Origin: Candidatus Sericytochromatia bacterium
Lineage (GTDB): Bacteria > Cyanobacteriota > Sericytochromatia > S15B-MN24 > UBA4093
Assembly (NCBI GenBank): GCA_036676985.1
Contig: JAKFBU010000004.1
Location: forward strand, 76,450-140,449
Length of the DNA stretch: 64,000 nucleotides
Reading direction: 5' to 3'
Part shown: in pieces, positions 1-12,749 of the stretch
Numbering within the stretch: the stretch's first letter is position 1
Layout of the letters: each line of letters opens with the position of its first letter
Program-made: the position numbers and the translations under genes
Notes under the pieces: model-generated
Told to the model about the DNA's origin: nothing
Databases searched by the model: none
Seen by the model: the letters and a program-made list of their open reading frames with translations, nothing else

Positions 1-80
1 TCGACTACACCCGCCAGGGGCAGCTGAAGCTGCGGGATGCCGGTGTGAAGGTGCAGAAGACGGCGGCCACGGTTCCCTAG
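1..80 (+). CDS. C-terminal fragment of a gene truncated by the window edge (...DYTRQGQLKLRDAGVKVQKTAATVP*)
   Basis: Open frame with GC3-rich codons ending in TAG at 78-80, followed by a hairpin; function unknown. Confidence 0.5.
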   Translation, partial: DYTRQGQLKLRDAGVKVQKTAATVP

Positions 81-103
81 CCGTCGGACTCCAGCCAAGA
101 CGA

Positions 104-135
104 AAGCGGGCGGTCGCCGAAGCGACCGCCCGCTT
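104..135. terminator. Hairpin between convergent genes
   Basis: AAGCGGGCGGTCGC-cgaa-GCGACCGCCCGCTT perfect 14-bp stem. Confidence 0.75.
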
Positions 136-147
136 GTGATGCCAGGC

Positions 148-1560
148 TTACCGCGCGGTCAGGGCCGCGTGCCTCTGCGGCATGCTGAGCGGGCTGCGGG
201 AAAGGTAGCGGCCCTTGCCGCGATCGCCCACGTACTTGCCGCCCTCGACCGCCACCCGGCCGTTGACGAGCACGTAGGTCGGTACCCCGATGGTCTCGAA
301 GCCCTCGAAGGGGTTGTAGTCCACCCGGTGGTGATGCGTCTTGGCCGAGATGACGCCCTTGACCGTGGGGTCGAAGACCACGATGTCGGCGTCCGCCCCC
401 ACCGCGAGGGTGCCCTTGCGCGGGTGCAGGCCGAAGATCTTGGCCGGGTTGGTGGAGAAGATCTCGACGAAGCGGTTGAGGCTGATCCGCCCCGGCACCA
501 CGCCGTAGGTGTAGAGCAGGGCGAGCCGGTTCTCGATGCCCGGGGCCCCGTTCGGGATCTTGGCGAAGTTGTCCCGGCCCATCTGCTTTTCCTGGCCGAA
601 GTTGAACGGGCAGTGGTCGGTGGCGACCGTCTGCACGTAGCCGTTCGCGAGGGCCTGCCACAGGGCCTCGTTGTCCTTGGCCTTGCGCAGGGGCGGGCTC
701 ATGACGTACTTGGCGCCGCCGAAGTCCGCCTCCTCGTAGCGGCTGTCGTCCAAGAGCAGGTACTGGGGGCAGGTCTCGGCCATGACGTGCTGGCCGTTGC
801 ACTGGGCGTGCTGCACGTGCCGCAGGGCCTCCTCGCAGGTCAGGTGCACGACGTAGAGCGAGCGATCGGCCATGCCGGCCAGGGCGATCGCCCGGTGGGT
901 CGCCTCGCCCTCGGCCTCCGCGGGCCGGCTCAGGGCGTGGTAGCGCGGGTGAACCTTGCCCTCGGCGACGAACTCCTTGACGAGCGCGTCGACCACCTCG
1001 GCGTTCTCGGCGTGCACCGTGACCAAGGCACCCAGGTCCCGGGTGCGGCGCATGACCTGGAAGAGCCCCTCGTCGTCGATGCCGATGGAGCCCTTGTAGG
1101 CCATGAAGGTCTTGAAGCTCGTGATGCCCTCGGCGACGACCCTGGGCAGCTCGGCGGCGACCTTGTCGCTGTAGTGGGTGACGGCCATGTGGAAGGCGTA
1201 GTCGAAGACGGCCTTGTTGCGGGCCTTCTGGTGCCAGACCTCCAGGGCGTCCAGGAGGGGCTGGCCGCGCTCGGGCATGACGAAGTCGATGACGCTCGTG
1301 GTGCCGCCGACCGAGGCTGCGATGGAGCCCGTCTCGAAGTCGTCGGTCGAGAAGGAGCCCATGAAGGGCATGTCGAGGTGGGTGTGCACGTCGACGCCGC
1401 CCGGGAAGACGAGCTGGCCCGAGGCGTCGATGACCGTGTCGCCCGGATGGGCGTCCAGCTTGTGGCCGATCGCCACGATCGTGCCGTCCTGGATGTACAG
1501 GTCGGCGCGCATGCGCTCGGACGAGGTGACGAGCTCGCCATTCTGGATCAAGACGCCCAT
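148..1560 (-). CDS. hydA: Dihydropyrimidinase / D-hydantoinase
   Basis: PGGVDVHTHL metal motif, FKTFMAY carbamylated Lys region, TDHCPF, IPNGAPGIE; AAGGAGG RBS. Confidence 0.93.
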   Translation of the reverse strand: MGVLIQNGELVTSSERMRADLYIQDGTIVAIGHKLDAHPGDTVIDASGQLVFPGGVDVHTHLDMPFMGSFSTDDFETGSIAASVGGTTSVIDFVMPERGQPLLDALEVWHQKARNKAVFDYAFHMAVTHYSDKVAAELPRVVAEGITSFKTFMAYKGSIGIDDEGLFQVMRRTRDLGALVTVHAENAEVVDALVKEFVAEGKVHPRYHALSRPAEAEGEATHRAIALAGMADRSLYVVHLTCEEALRHVQHAQCNGQHVMAETCPQYLLLDDSRYEEADFGGAKYVMSPPLRKAKDNEALWQALANGYVQTVATDHCPFNFGQEKQMGRDNFAKIPNGAPGIENRLALLYTYGVVPGRISLNRFVEIFSTNPAKIFGLHPRKGTLAVGADADIVVFDPTVKGVISAKTHHHRVDYNPFEGFETIGVPTYVLVNGRVAVEGGKYVGDRGKGRYLSRSPLSMPQRHAALTAR

Positions 1561-1708
1561 GGGACCTCCTTTGCACGAAAGCGGGCAACCGAAAGTCCCA
1601 GCCTACCATAAGGGACGCTATGTCGTCAGTATGACAACTCAGGAGCCGGAGTTAAGGCCCGTTTCAGCGAATCGAGACGCTGACGCGGGCCTAGGGGGGC
1701 GGTTTTGC

Positions 1709-1948
1709 TTAGACTTTCTGGCCGTACTTCTGCTCGAGGTAAGGCAGGATCTTCTCTTCGTCGTCCAGAACCGTGTCGCCATCCACCAGGACGGGGACCG
1801 AGGGCTGGCCCGAGACCTGGATGACTTCCTGGCGCTGGCTGCGATCGCGCGGCACGTTGATGTTGATGTAGGTGATCTGGAGCTCGCTGAGCTTCTCCCG
1901 CACCATCTTGCAGTAGGGGCAGCTCTCGAACTGGTAAAGCTTCATCAT
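1709..1948 (-). CDS. Glutaredoxin / GST-N-like thioredoxin-fold protein
   Basis: CPYC active site, VPVLVDGD motif, 79 aa. Confidence 0.88.
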   Translation of the reverse strand: MMKLYQFESCPYCKMVREKLSELQITYININVPRDRSQRQEVIQVSGQPSVPVLVDGDTVLDDEEKILPYLEQKYGQKV

Positions 1949-2089
1949 GGGCTACGTCTCCTTGTAGGGGGGTGGCTCCATTATAACGGACTTCTGGCGG
2001 AGGGGTTGCAAACCGTGCTAAGATAAGGCGTTGGGGCGGGTCTTGCTTTCCCGCGCCGACGGAAACCTGATCTGAGAAGGAGACGGCGC

Positions 2090-2473
2090 ATGAGTGACGG
2101 ACCCCGCAAGGAACGATTGGGCCAGGTCTTGCTGTCGCAAGGCATCATCACCGACGAGCAGCTCGAGCATGCCCTCGGCGAGCAGGCCAAGAAACCCTAC
2201 ATGCGCCTGGGTGAGCTGCTCTTCAGCCTCGGCTACCTCACCTTCAACCAGCTCGAGCAGCAACTGGAGCAGCAGTACCGGGACATGCGCCTCGGCCAGA
2301 TGCTCGTGCGCAAGAGCCTCATCACCGTCGACCAGCTCGAAGAGGCGATCATCGAGCACGAGAACACGGGCCTGCTCCTGGGGCACCTGGTGATCCGGCT
2401 CGGCTTCTGCACCCTGGAGCAGGTGTCCAAGGTGCTCGAAGAACAGCGCACGCTGGCCGCCCAGTACCACTAG
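2090..2473 (+). CDS. Stand-alone MshEN (c-di-GMP-binding) repeat protein
   Basis: Four RLGxxLxxxGxIxxxQLxxxLxxQ-type 24-aa motifs; AAGGAG RBS. Confidence 0.8.
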   Translation: MSDGPRKERLGQVLLSQGIITDEQLEHALGEQAKKPYMRLGELLFSLGYLTFNQLEQQLEQQYRDMRLGQMLVRKSLITVDQLEEAIIEHENTGLLLGHLVIRLGFCTLEQVSKVLEEQRTLAAQYH

Positions 2474-2481
2474 ACGATCTT

Positions 2482-2510
2482 CCTGGCCGCTTCGGCGGCC
2501 AGTTTCTTTT
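2482..2510 (+). terminator. Rho-independent terminator
   Basis: CTGGCCGC-ttcg-GCGGCCAG followed by TTTCTTTT. Confidence 0.8.
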
Positions 2511-2511
2511 G

Positions 2512-2685
2512 GACGCCGCCCCGTCCCTGCGAGGAACGCTCCTGGAGCCGCGGCGGCGACCGAAGCGCCCCAAATTGTTCGGCCGATCAAGCGGGTCGTT
2601 TTGGGTTGTCATCCATGCTCCGAGGGTGTATGTTGGCGGCAGGCCCCCGGTTCGCGCGAACCCTTGCAACGTCGACGGCGACGTC
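2512..2685 (-). ncRNA. Candidate 6S RNA (rod-shaped structured RNA)
   Basis: ~174-nt intergenic segment. On the minus strand the ends pair (GACGUCGCC/GGCGGCGUC, UUGCAAGGG/UCCUCGCAG, CCGGGGGCC/GGCUCCAGG) around a C/A-rich central bubble (CCAACAUAC); G-U pairs work only on the minus strand. Confidence 0.55.
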
Positions 2686-2750
2686 TGTGGGCGGGGCCGT
2701 GCCACTCTTCCCCGGCATGGCGCCGGGTATGACAATGGAGTCATCAGAAG

Positions 2751-5442
<2,692 letters not shown>

Positions 5443-5448
5443 AACGAG

Positions 5449-5476
5449 AAGCGGGGGGCCATTGGCCCCCCGCTTT
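5449..5476. terminator. Bidirectional hairpin terminator
   Basis: AAGCGGGGGGCCA-t-TGGCCCCCCGCTT between convergent genes. Confidence 0.75.
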
Positions 5477-5491
5477 CCGATGCATGCGGGT

Positions 5492-5698
5492 CTAGCGCCG
5501 GCGGGTGGTCTGCTGCTCCGCCATCTTGCCGCGCTCGATCAGCTCCTTGACCTTCTGGCCGCCCTTCTGGCCGATCTCGGAGTAGAACTCGACGCCCCGC
5601 TCTTGGAGGACCTTCTCGCCGCCGAGTCTACCGGCTTCGCGCACCGTCAGGTTTCCTTTTTCGAGGCTCTGACGCCCCATTGGCCGTTTCGCCGCCAT
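5492..5698 (-). CDS. KGG-repeat general stress protein (GsiB/Em-like)
   Basis: TVREAGRLGG and FYSEIGQKGG motifs. Confidence 0.85.
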   Translation of the reverse strand: MAAKRPMGRQSLEKGNLTVREAGRLGGEKVLQERGVEFYSEIGQKGGQKVKELIERGKMAEQQTTRRR

Positions 5699-5753
5699 GG
5701 TGAACCCTCCTTGACCCATCCCGGGGGGAGCTTTCCCCCCACCTCACGAATGG

Positions 5754-6005
5754 TTATTCGCCCAGCGAACGCTTGCCGGCGTCGATGAGCTCGCGAACCT
5801 TGTTGCCGCCCTTCTTCCCGATCTCCGAGTAGAACTGCGGGCCATACTTTTGCTTGGTGGTGTTGCCGCCCTTGCGGCCACCGATCTGACCACCCTTGTG
5901 GCCGATTTCCGAGTAGAACTCGGGTCCGTATTCTTCCTTGACCTTGTTCCCGCCCAGGCGTCCCGCCTCGCGGGTGGTCATATCTCCGCGGCCCTTTCCT
6001 GGCAT
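5754..6005 (-). CDS. KGG-repeat general stress protein (GsiB/Em-like)
   Basis: MTTREAGRLGG, two YGPxFYSEIGxKGG repeats; AGGAGG RBS. Confidence 0.88.
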   Translation of the reverse strand: MPGKGRGDMTTREAGRLGGNKVKEEYGPEFYSEIGHKGGQIGGRKGGNTTKQKYGPQFYSEIGKKGGNKVRELIDAGKRSLGE

Positions 6006-6301
6006 GCTGATCCTCCTTTGCATCGGGTGGGGGCCTAACCCAGAGGCCCTTGGAATCGCCCTACGGAATGAACCCCACCTCTTTAAGAAACTTTACGAAG
6101 AAGTCTAAAAAGGCCTACGACCTCTGTCAATCTTTGCTAGGTTCCTGAAACCCCCGAACGTCGACCCTCCTACTTGCCCGCTCAGGGGTGGGAAGCCGAT
6201 GGCTCAAGGCTGGATCGCCCAAGGGTCTTGGGCCGCATTGGCATGGGCGCACCGGAGGGCATGTCGGTACGCTCGCAGAGGGATTTGCGCGAGGTGAGGA
6301 C

Positions 6302-7378
<1,077 letters not shown>

Positions 7379-7492
7379 CCATCGCTCGAGCGATCGCCGT
7401 TGCCCGGCCTCCGCTCCGCGCCTCCTCCTAAGGAGCGCGGGCGGGGCGATCCCCGCCATCCGCGCTGGGCATGCGACGGCGAGACCCGACAC

Positions 7493-7521
7493 TTGACGCT
7501 TAATGTTTTGTTACATATGAT
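7493..7521 (+). promoter_or_regulatory. sigma70-type promoter of ftsH
   Basis: TTGACG-N17-TATGAT. Confidence 0.7.
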
Positions 7522-7598
7522 CGGGCTCCTGGAAGACGGCCGCCGCTTGGCCGTCTTCGGGCTGGATGAGCGCGGCATGGGCTAGGAAGGGGCGTCCG

Positions 7599-9434
7599 AT
7601 GGAAGACAACGGCGGCAAGCTCTGGTGGTACCTGGCCTTCCTGGTCGTGGTGTGGGTCGGCTTCATGGTGTTCTTTCCCGCGGGCTCCTCGCGGGCGGAT
7701 CTCTCTTACAGCGCGTTCCGGGAGCAGGTCGCGGCCGGCAACGTCAGCCAGGTCACGCTCCAGGGCCATCGTGCGGAGGGGCAGTTCGAGCGGCCGGTGC
7801 CCATCGCGAAGGACGGCAAGCAGGTTCCCTACTCCTCGTTCGCGACCACGCTGCCGCCGGTGGACGATCCGCGGCTCCTGCCGTTGCTGGAGTCCAAGGG
7901 GGTCGAGGTCTCGGCCAAGCCAGAGGCGAGCCGCTGGTGGCTCGATCTGCTGCTCCTGGGCGCGCCCATCGTGCTCCTGTTCGTGCTCCTGAGCCGCATG
8001 GGCGGTGGCGGGGCGGGCCAGCAGAGTGCGTTCACCTTCGGGCAGTCCAAGGCCAAGCTCTACACCACCGAGCGCCCCAAGGTCACGTTCTCGGACGTGG
8101 CGGGCGAGGACGAGGCCAAGCAGGAGCTGGTGGAGGTCGTGCAGTTCCTCAAAGAGCCGGGCAAGTTCCGCAAGCTGGGCGCCAAGATCCCCAAGGGCGT
8201 GCTCCTGGTGGGTCCGCCGGGGACGGGCAAGACCCTCTTGGCCCGGGCCGTCGCGGGTGAGGCCGGCGTCCCCTTCTTCTCCATCTCGGGCACGGAGTTC
8301 GTCGAGATGTTCGTGGGCGTCGGCGCGAGCCGCGTGCGCGACCTGTTCGAGAAGGCCAAGTCCCGGGCTCCGGCCATCATCTTCGTGGACGAGATCGACT
8401 CGGTGGGCCGCCGCCGGGGCGTGGGCATGGGCAACGTCAACGACGAGCGCGAGCAGACGCTCAACCAGCTCCTGTCCGAGCTGGACGGCTTCGAGCCGCA
8501 CCAGGAGGTCATCGTCATCGCGGCGACCAACCGGCCCGACGTGCTGGACCCGGCCCTCTTGCGGCCGGGGCGCTTCGACCGGCGCGTGACGGTGGGACTG
8601 CCGGATCGGGCGGGCCGCGAGGCCATCCTCAAGATCCACACGGCCAAGGTGCCCCTGGCTCCAGACGTGGACATGGTGAGTCTCGCCTGGGAGACTCCCG
8701 GCTTCTCGGGGGCGGACCTGGCGAACCTCGTGAACGAGGCGGCCCTGCTCGCTGCCACCAAGAACGAGAGCCAGGTGACGGCCAAGGACTTCGACGAGGC
8801 CAAGGACAAGATCATCCTCGGCGTGCGGCGCAACACGATGCTGGATCCCAAGGAGCGGAAGCTGGTGGCCTACCACGAAGCGGGTCATGCCCTCGTCGCG
8901 CACCTGTTGCCGAACGCGGATCCGCTGCGCAAGGTGACGATCATTCCCCACGGCCATGCCCTGGGCGTGACGCAGATGCTGCCGCAGGACGAGAAGTACT
9001 CGTTCCCGCGGGGCTACCTGCTGGACAAGATGGCCGTGCAGCTGGGCGGCCGGGCGGCCGAGGAGCTGGTGTTCGGTGAAGTGACGACGGGCGCCGAGAA
9101 CGACCTGCTGGAGATGACGAAGCTCGCCCGGCGGATGGTGCTGCGCTGGGGCATGGGCGAGAACCTGGGGCCCCAGGCCTTCGACCTCGACATGGACTCG
9201 GGGTACCTGGGCATGGAGATGCCGAACCTCGAGAAGTCCTACTCCGAGGAGACGGCCTCTATGATCGACCAGGAGGTGCGGCGGCTGACGTCGGAGGCCT
9301 ACGACCGGGCGAGGCTCATCCTCACGGAGCACCGGGACAAGCTCAACAGCCTGGCCGAGACGCTCCTGGCCGAGGAGTCGCTCGATGCGCACCAGATCGA
9401 GGGGTTGGTCGGGGCGAAGATCCGGGCGAGCTAG
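7599..9434 (+). CDS. ftsH: ATP-dependent zinc metalloprotease FtsH
   Basis: Two TM segments, [19 protein letters not shown] motif, HEAGH. Confidence 0.96.
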   Translation: MEDNGGKLWWYLAFLVVVWVGFMVFFPAGSSRADLSYSAFREQVAAGNVSQVTLQGHRAEGQFERPVPIAKDGKQVPYSSFATTLPPVDDPRLLPLLESKGVEVSAKPEASRWWLDLLLLGAPIVLLFVLLSRMGGGGAGQQSAFTFGQSKAKLYTTERPKVTFSDVAGEDEAKQELVEVVQFLKEPGKFRKLGAKIPKGVLLVGPPGTGKTLLARAVAGEAGVPFFSISGTEFVEMFVGVGASRVRDLFEKAKSRAPAIIFVDEIDSVGRRRGVGMGNVNDEREQTLNQLLSELDGFEPHQEVIVIAATNRPDVLDPALLRPGRFDRRVTVGLPDRAGREAILKIHTAKVPLAPDVDMVSLAWETPGFSGADLANLVNEAALLAATKNESQVTAKDFDEAKDKIILGVRRNTMLDPKERKLVAYHEAGHALVAHLLPNADPLRKVTIIPHGHALGVTQMLPQDEKYSFPRGYLLDKMAVQLGGRAAEELVFGEVTTGAENDLLEMTKLARRMVLRWGMGENLGPQAFDLDMDSGYLGMEMPNLEKSYSEETASMIDQEVRRLTSEAYDRARLILTEHRDKLNSLAETLLAEESLDAHQIEGLVGAKIRAS

Positions 9435-9458
9435 CAGCGAGGCCCTTGACGGCGCTCC

Positions 9459-9653
9459 CTAGCGGGGGCGTCGTTTGGCCATGAAGGAGTAGCCCACCCC
9501 GCCCAGGGAGACGAGACCCAGGACGAAGTTCAGGGCGATCGCGGGCAGGTCGGCCGAGCCTTCCTGCAGCCCCGCGAGCCCGGCCACGAGGCACAGGGCG
9601 CCCACGAAGGCGATCATGACGACGATCAGCACGCACCCCTCCTCCTGTGTCAT
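9459..9653 (-). CDS. Small two-TM membrane protein
   Basis: Two hydrophobic helices, basic C-terminus; true start may be slightly downstream. Confidence 0.65.
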   Translation of the reverse strand: MTQEEGCVLIVVMIAFVGALCLVAGLAGLQEGSADLPAIALNFVLGLVSLGGVGYSFMAKRRPR

Positions 9654-9676
9654 GCCGCCGACGGCACGTAAGGGGA

Positions 9677-11329
9677 TTATGCCCGGTCCGAGCCGATTCT
9701 AATGGGGAGGCGCTTGAGGGCCGCGGGGTAGACGTTCAGGCCGCTGCCGAGAAGCGTGTCGAAGACGTGGCGCGTCTCGGGGGACTGCAGGGCCCGCAGG
9801 ATGGTCTCGAGCGGATAGGAGCGCGAGAGCTCCACATCCGCGGGATCCAGCGCGAGGCGGTGGCGCCGGGCGACGGTGGGATCCAGGTCCGCCAGCTGGT
9901 ACTTGGGCTGGAGGCAGATGAGGCTGTCGTCGGTGTAGTAACCGTCCCGGTCGATGGCGGCCTCTAGCCCGCGCGCGCCCGTCACCTTGGCGACCACGAT
10001 CTTGGGACGCTCGAAGAGCTCAGGAAAGAGGGGGCGGTACAGGTCCGCCGGCCGGTAACGCAGGTACTTGCCGCGCCATGTGAGGCGGCCGTCGCGCAGG
10101 CAGTCGCCTTTGAGGAGCGGTCGGTCGTCCGGCCCCTCTTGAGCCTCCAGGTGGAAGCGGGAGATGGGCACGCCACGCACGCCCCAGGTGGCGATCGCCA
10201 CCCGCCCCAGCGGCATCCCGTCGGCGAAGAGCCGCAGGGCCTCTTCGAGCTCCTGGGCCGAGCGGTCCGTACGCAGGACGAGGCCGGGCATGCGCTCGAA
10301 GAGGGCCTGGGGGACTGACGCGGCGGGCTGGAGCCGGACGACATGGTCCCTGGGCGCCGCGCCCGCGCGGGCCAGGAGCGAGATGGTCGGGATGGGGCAG
10401 AAGGCGGGATTCTCGCGCACTTCGAGGACTTGAGCCTCATGCAGGAGGCGGGCCCGCGTCCCCTCGGCATACTCCTCGCTCAGGAAGGCCCGGGGCAGCA
10501 CCAGGCCCAGGCGACCGCCGGGCGGCAGCCGGTCGAGTGCCTGCTCGACGAAACAGACGAAGAGGTCGAAGCGGCCCCGCAACCCCGGGAAGCGGGAGCG
10601 CAACGCGGCGCGCTCCGCGGCGTCCAGGCGCTCGACGTTGAGAAAGGGCGGGTTTCCGAGCACGACCTCGATGCCCTCCGGCCAGTCCAGCAGGCCGTCC
10701 GCCACGCGCAGGTTTCGTTGCAACTCGCGCGGAGCCAGCGTGGGGTCGCCGATCTCGAGCCAGATCCCCAGGAGCGCGAGGCCCACGGCGACGGGATCCC
10801 GGTCGGTGCCGTGGAGGCAGTTAAGGGCGAGCCGGGCGCGCTCCGCGGGGGCGGCGTCGGCGGCCAGGCGGCGCAGGGCAGAGACGAGGAAGGCCCCGCA
10901 GCCCATGGCCGGGTCGTGGATCCTCGGAGTGCCGTGGGAGAGGGCCTCGGCGACGAGGCGGTCGGCGATCGCCTCCGGCGTGAAGTAGCTGCCCTGCTGC
11001 TTGCGGACCGCCCGTGCGGCGAGCCCGGCCTCGTGCCGGGCCCCCACGGCATGCAGGTCCCACCCCCGGGTGGTGCGCAGGGTCTCGTCGAGGGTCGTGA
11101 TGGGCAGCGGCGAGAACGGACCGCCGACCGCGGGGTCCAGGAGGGTGCCCCGGAAGCTCGGCAGGCCCATGGCCGGGTCACCGCCCGTCAGCAAGCCTTG
11201 CAGGGCCTGAAGGTGGGCAGGACCGTGGCGGGACAGGGCGATCGCGGCATAGCCCGGCTGATCGAGCGGCAGCAATCCGCGCCGCTCGGCCTCGAGGATA
11301 AAGGAGAGGCGAAGGCTCTCTAGTGCCAC
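9677..11329 (-). CDS. N6-adenine DNA methyltransferase (Eco57I/TaqI-like), no nuclease domain
   Basis: RKQQGSYFTP, DPAMGCGAFL (motif I), GNPPF (motif IV), TaqI_C-like PKIVV region; GTG start overlaps the upstream stop. Confidence 0.85.
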   Translation of the reverse strand: MALESLRLSFILEAERRGLLPLDQPGYAAIALSRHGPAHLQALQGLLTGGDPAMGLPSFRGTLLDPAVGGPFSPLPITTLDETLRTTRGWDLHAVGARHEAGLAARAVRKQQGSYFTPEAIADRLVAEALSHGTPRIHDPAMGCGAFLVSALRRLAADAAPAERARLALNCLHGTDRDPVAVGLALLGIWLEIGDPTLAPRELQRNLRVADGLLDWPEGIEVVLGNPPFLNVERLDAAERAALRSRFPGLRGRFDLFVCFVEQALDRLPPGGRLGLVLPRAFLSEEYAEGTRARLLHEAQVLEVRENPAFCPIPTISLLARAGAAPRDHVVRLQPAASVPQALFERMPGLVLRTDRSAQELEEALRLFADGMPLGRVAIATWGVRGVPISRFHLEAQEGPDDRPLLKGDCLRDGRLTWRGKYLRYRPADLYRPLFPELFERPKIVVAKVTGARGLEAAIDRDGYYTDDSLICLQPKYQLADLDPTVARRHRLALDPADVELSRSYPLETILRALQSPETRHVFDTLLGSGLNVYPAALKRLPIRIGSDRA

Positions 11330-12717
11330 CCGAACGAATTGCCCGAGAACGGGCGACGCTGGGTCTCCTGGAACCACATGGACGGGATGGGGGTCGAGAA
11401 GTCGGTCCACTGGCGCGGGCTCTCGGCCGACGGCGCGAGGCCATTGACCGTCTGGCGCCAGACCTGGGCCTGGGCCTTGGCCAGGTTGGTGCTGAAGCTC
11501 TTCAGGTACGCGATCTGGGTGCCCGTCTGGCTCCAGGTGGGGCTGCTCTCGAAGATGCCGAAGGAGGTCTCCGACCGGTTGAGGAGCTGGCCCGAGCCGG
11601 CGTTCTTCGTCACGTCCTGGACGTAGACGCGCTGGTAGCGCTGCGAGTCCGATTGGGCGTCCATGACGGGGCCATGCCGGGTGTAGGCGATGGCAAGGCC
11701 GTCCGCCCGCCAGTGGGGCTCGAAGGCGTAGTCGCGCGCGTCCGAGAGGTCCGTGAGCTGCTTGAGGTAGCGCCCGTCGGGGATGTTGAACAGGAAGAGG
11801 TTCCAGGCGGCGAGGTTGCTGCCGCTGTTCGTGTCCCCGATGTTGTTCATCTGGGCGCTGACGACCATGGTCGAGACCCGGTCCTGCTGGAGGCTGGGGT
11901 TCCAGGCCGGGAAGCGCTCGTTGACGGCCGTGTTGGTCACGCGGGTGGGCGTGTTGCCCTCACCCGTCGAGACGCGGTAGATGTCGAAGTTGCCGGCTCG
12001 ATCCGAGACGAAGGCGAGCTCCTGGGAGCCGGGGCTCCAGCTGGGATCGAGGTTGAAGCCGGTGTTGTCGCTCGGGTTGACGACGGTCTGGACGCGGCCC
12101 CGGGCATCGACCGTGCGGATGGCCGAGACGGGCGAGGTCGGCGAATAGTCCACGTAGGCGATCATGCGGCCGTCCGGCGAGACGGTGGGCTGGGCGCCCT
12201 TGACTGTGACGCCGTTCTCGTTCTTGAGGGGGCGCGAGTTGGCCACCTGGAAGCCGTTGTCGTCGGTCGAGACGAGCATGATGTCGCCGTAGCCGTTGTC
12301 GTCCGCGTTCTGGACGTAGCTGATGGTGGTGCCGCCCAGGTTGACCGTCAGGACCTCGCGCTTGGTGTTGGTGCCATCATCGACCATGATGGTGATGCGA
12401 TCGCCCATGACCAGGTCGCCGCCGCTGTTGGGGGACTTGGAGGTGAAGGGCGCGTAGTAGGTGAGGGTCTTGGACTCGGTGTAGCGATCCGGGTAGACGC
12501 GGCCCCGCTCGGCGACCGCCAGGTAGCGGAGGGTGCGACCCGGCATGGTGCTGGCCTCGATGGTCAGGCGCGTCGATTGGCCCACGGCCAGGGACGGGTT
12601 GTCGAGGTTCGCGGTGACCAGGAAGTCAGTCGGCCAAGGGCAACCGGCAACCAGCGAGGCCGTGGCCGCTAGAGCGACGGCGAGGCCCAGTTTGAGTGGC
12701 GAACGCTTCGTAACCAC
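11320..12717 (-). CDS. Lipoprotein with TolB-like PD40 beta-propeller
   Basis: Lipobox LVAGC; PTVSPDG, PSWSPGS, AFVSDRAGNFDIY repeats; AAGGAG RBS before GTG 12717. Confidence 0.85.
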   Translation of the reverse strand: MVTKRSPLKLGLAVALAATASLVAGCPWPTDFLVTANLDNPSLAVGQSTRLTIEASTMPGRTLRYLAVAERGRVYPDRYTESKTLTYYAPFTSKSPNSGGDLVMGDRITIMVDDGTNTKREVLTVNLGGTTISYVQNADDNGYGDIMLVSTDDNGFQVANSRPLKNENGVTVKGAQPTVSPDGRMIAYVDYSPTSPVSAIRTVDARGRVQTVVNPSDNTGFNLDPSWSPGSQELAFVSDRAGNFDIYRVSTGEGNTPTRVTNTAVNERFPAWNPSLQQDRVSTMVVSAQMNNIGDTNSGSNLAAWNLFLFNIPDGRYLKQLTDLSDARDYAFEPHWRADGLAIAYTRHGPVMDAQSDSQRYQRVYVQDVTKNAGSGQLLNRSETSFGIFESSPTWSQTGTQIAYLKSFSTNLAKAQAQVWRQTVNGLAPSAESPRQWTDFSTPIPSMWFQETQRRPFSGNSFGWH

Positions 12718-12749
12718 CTGGTTGCTCCTTTTCAAGTCCCGATCCCCGA

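Noticed and set aside
9677-11410. Complete restriction-modification or BREX defence system
   Set aside because: No endonuclease, specificity subunit or brx genes nearby
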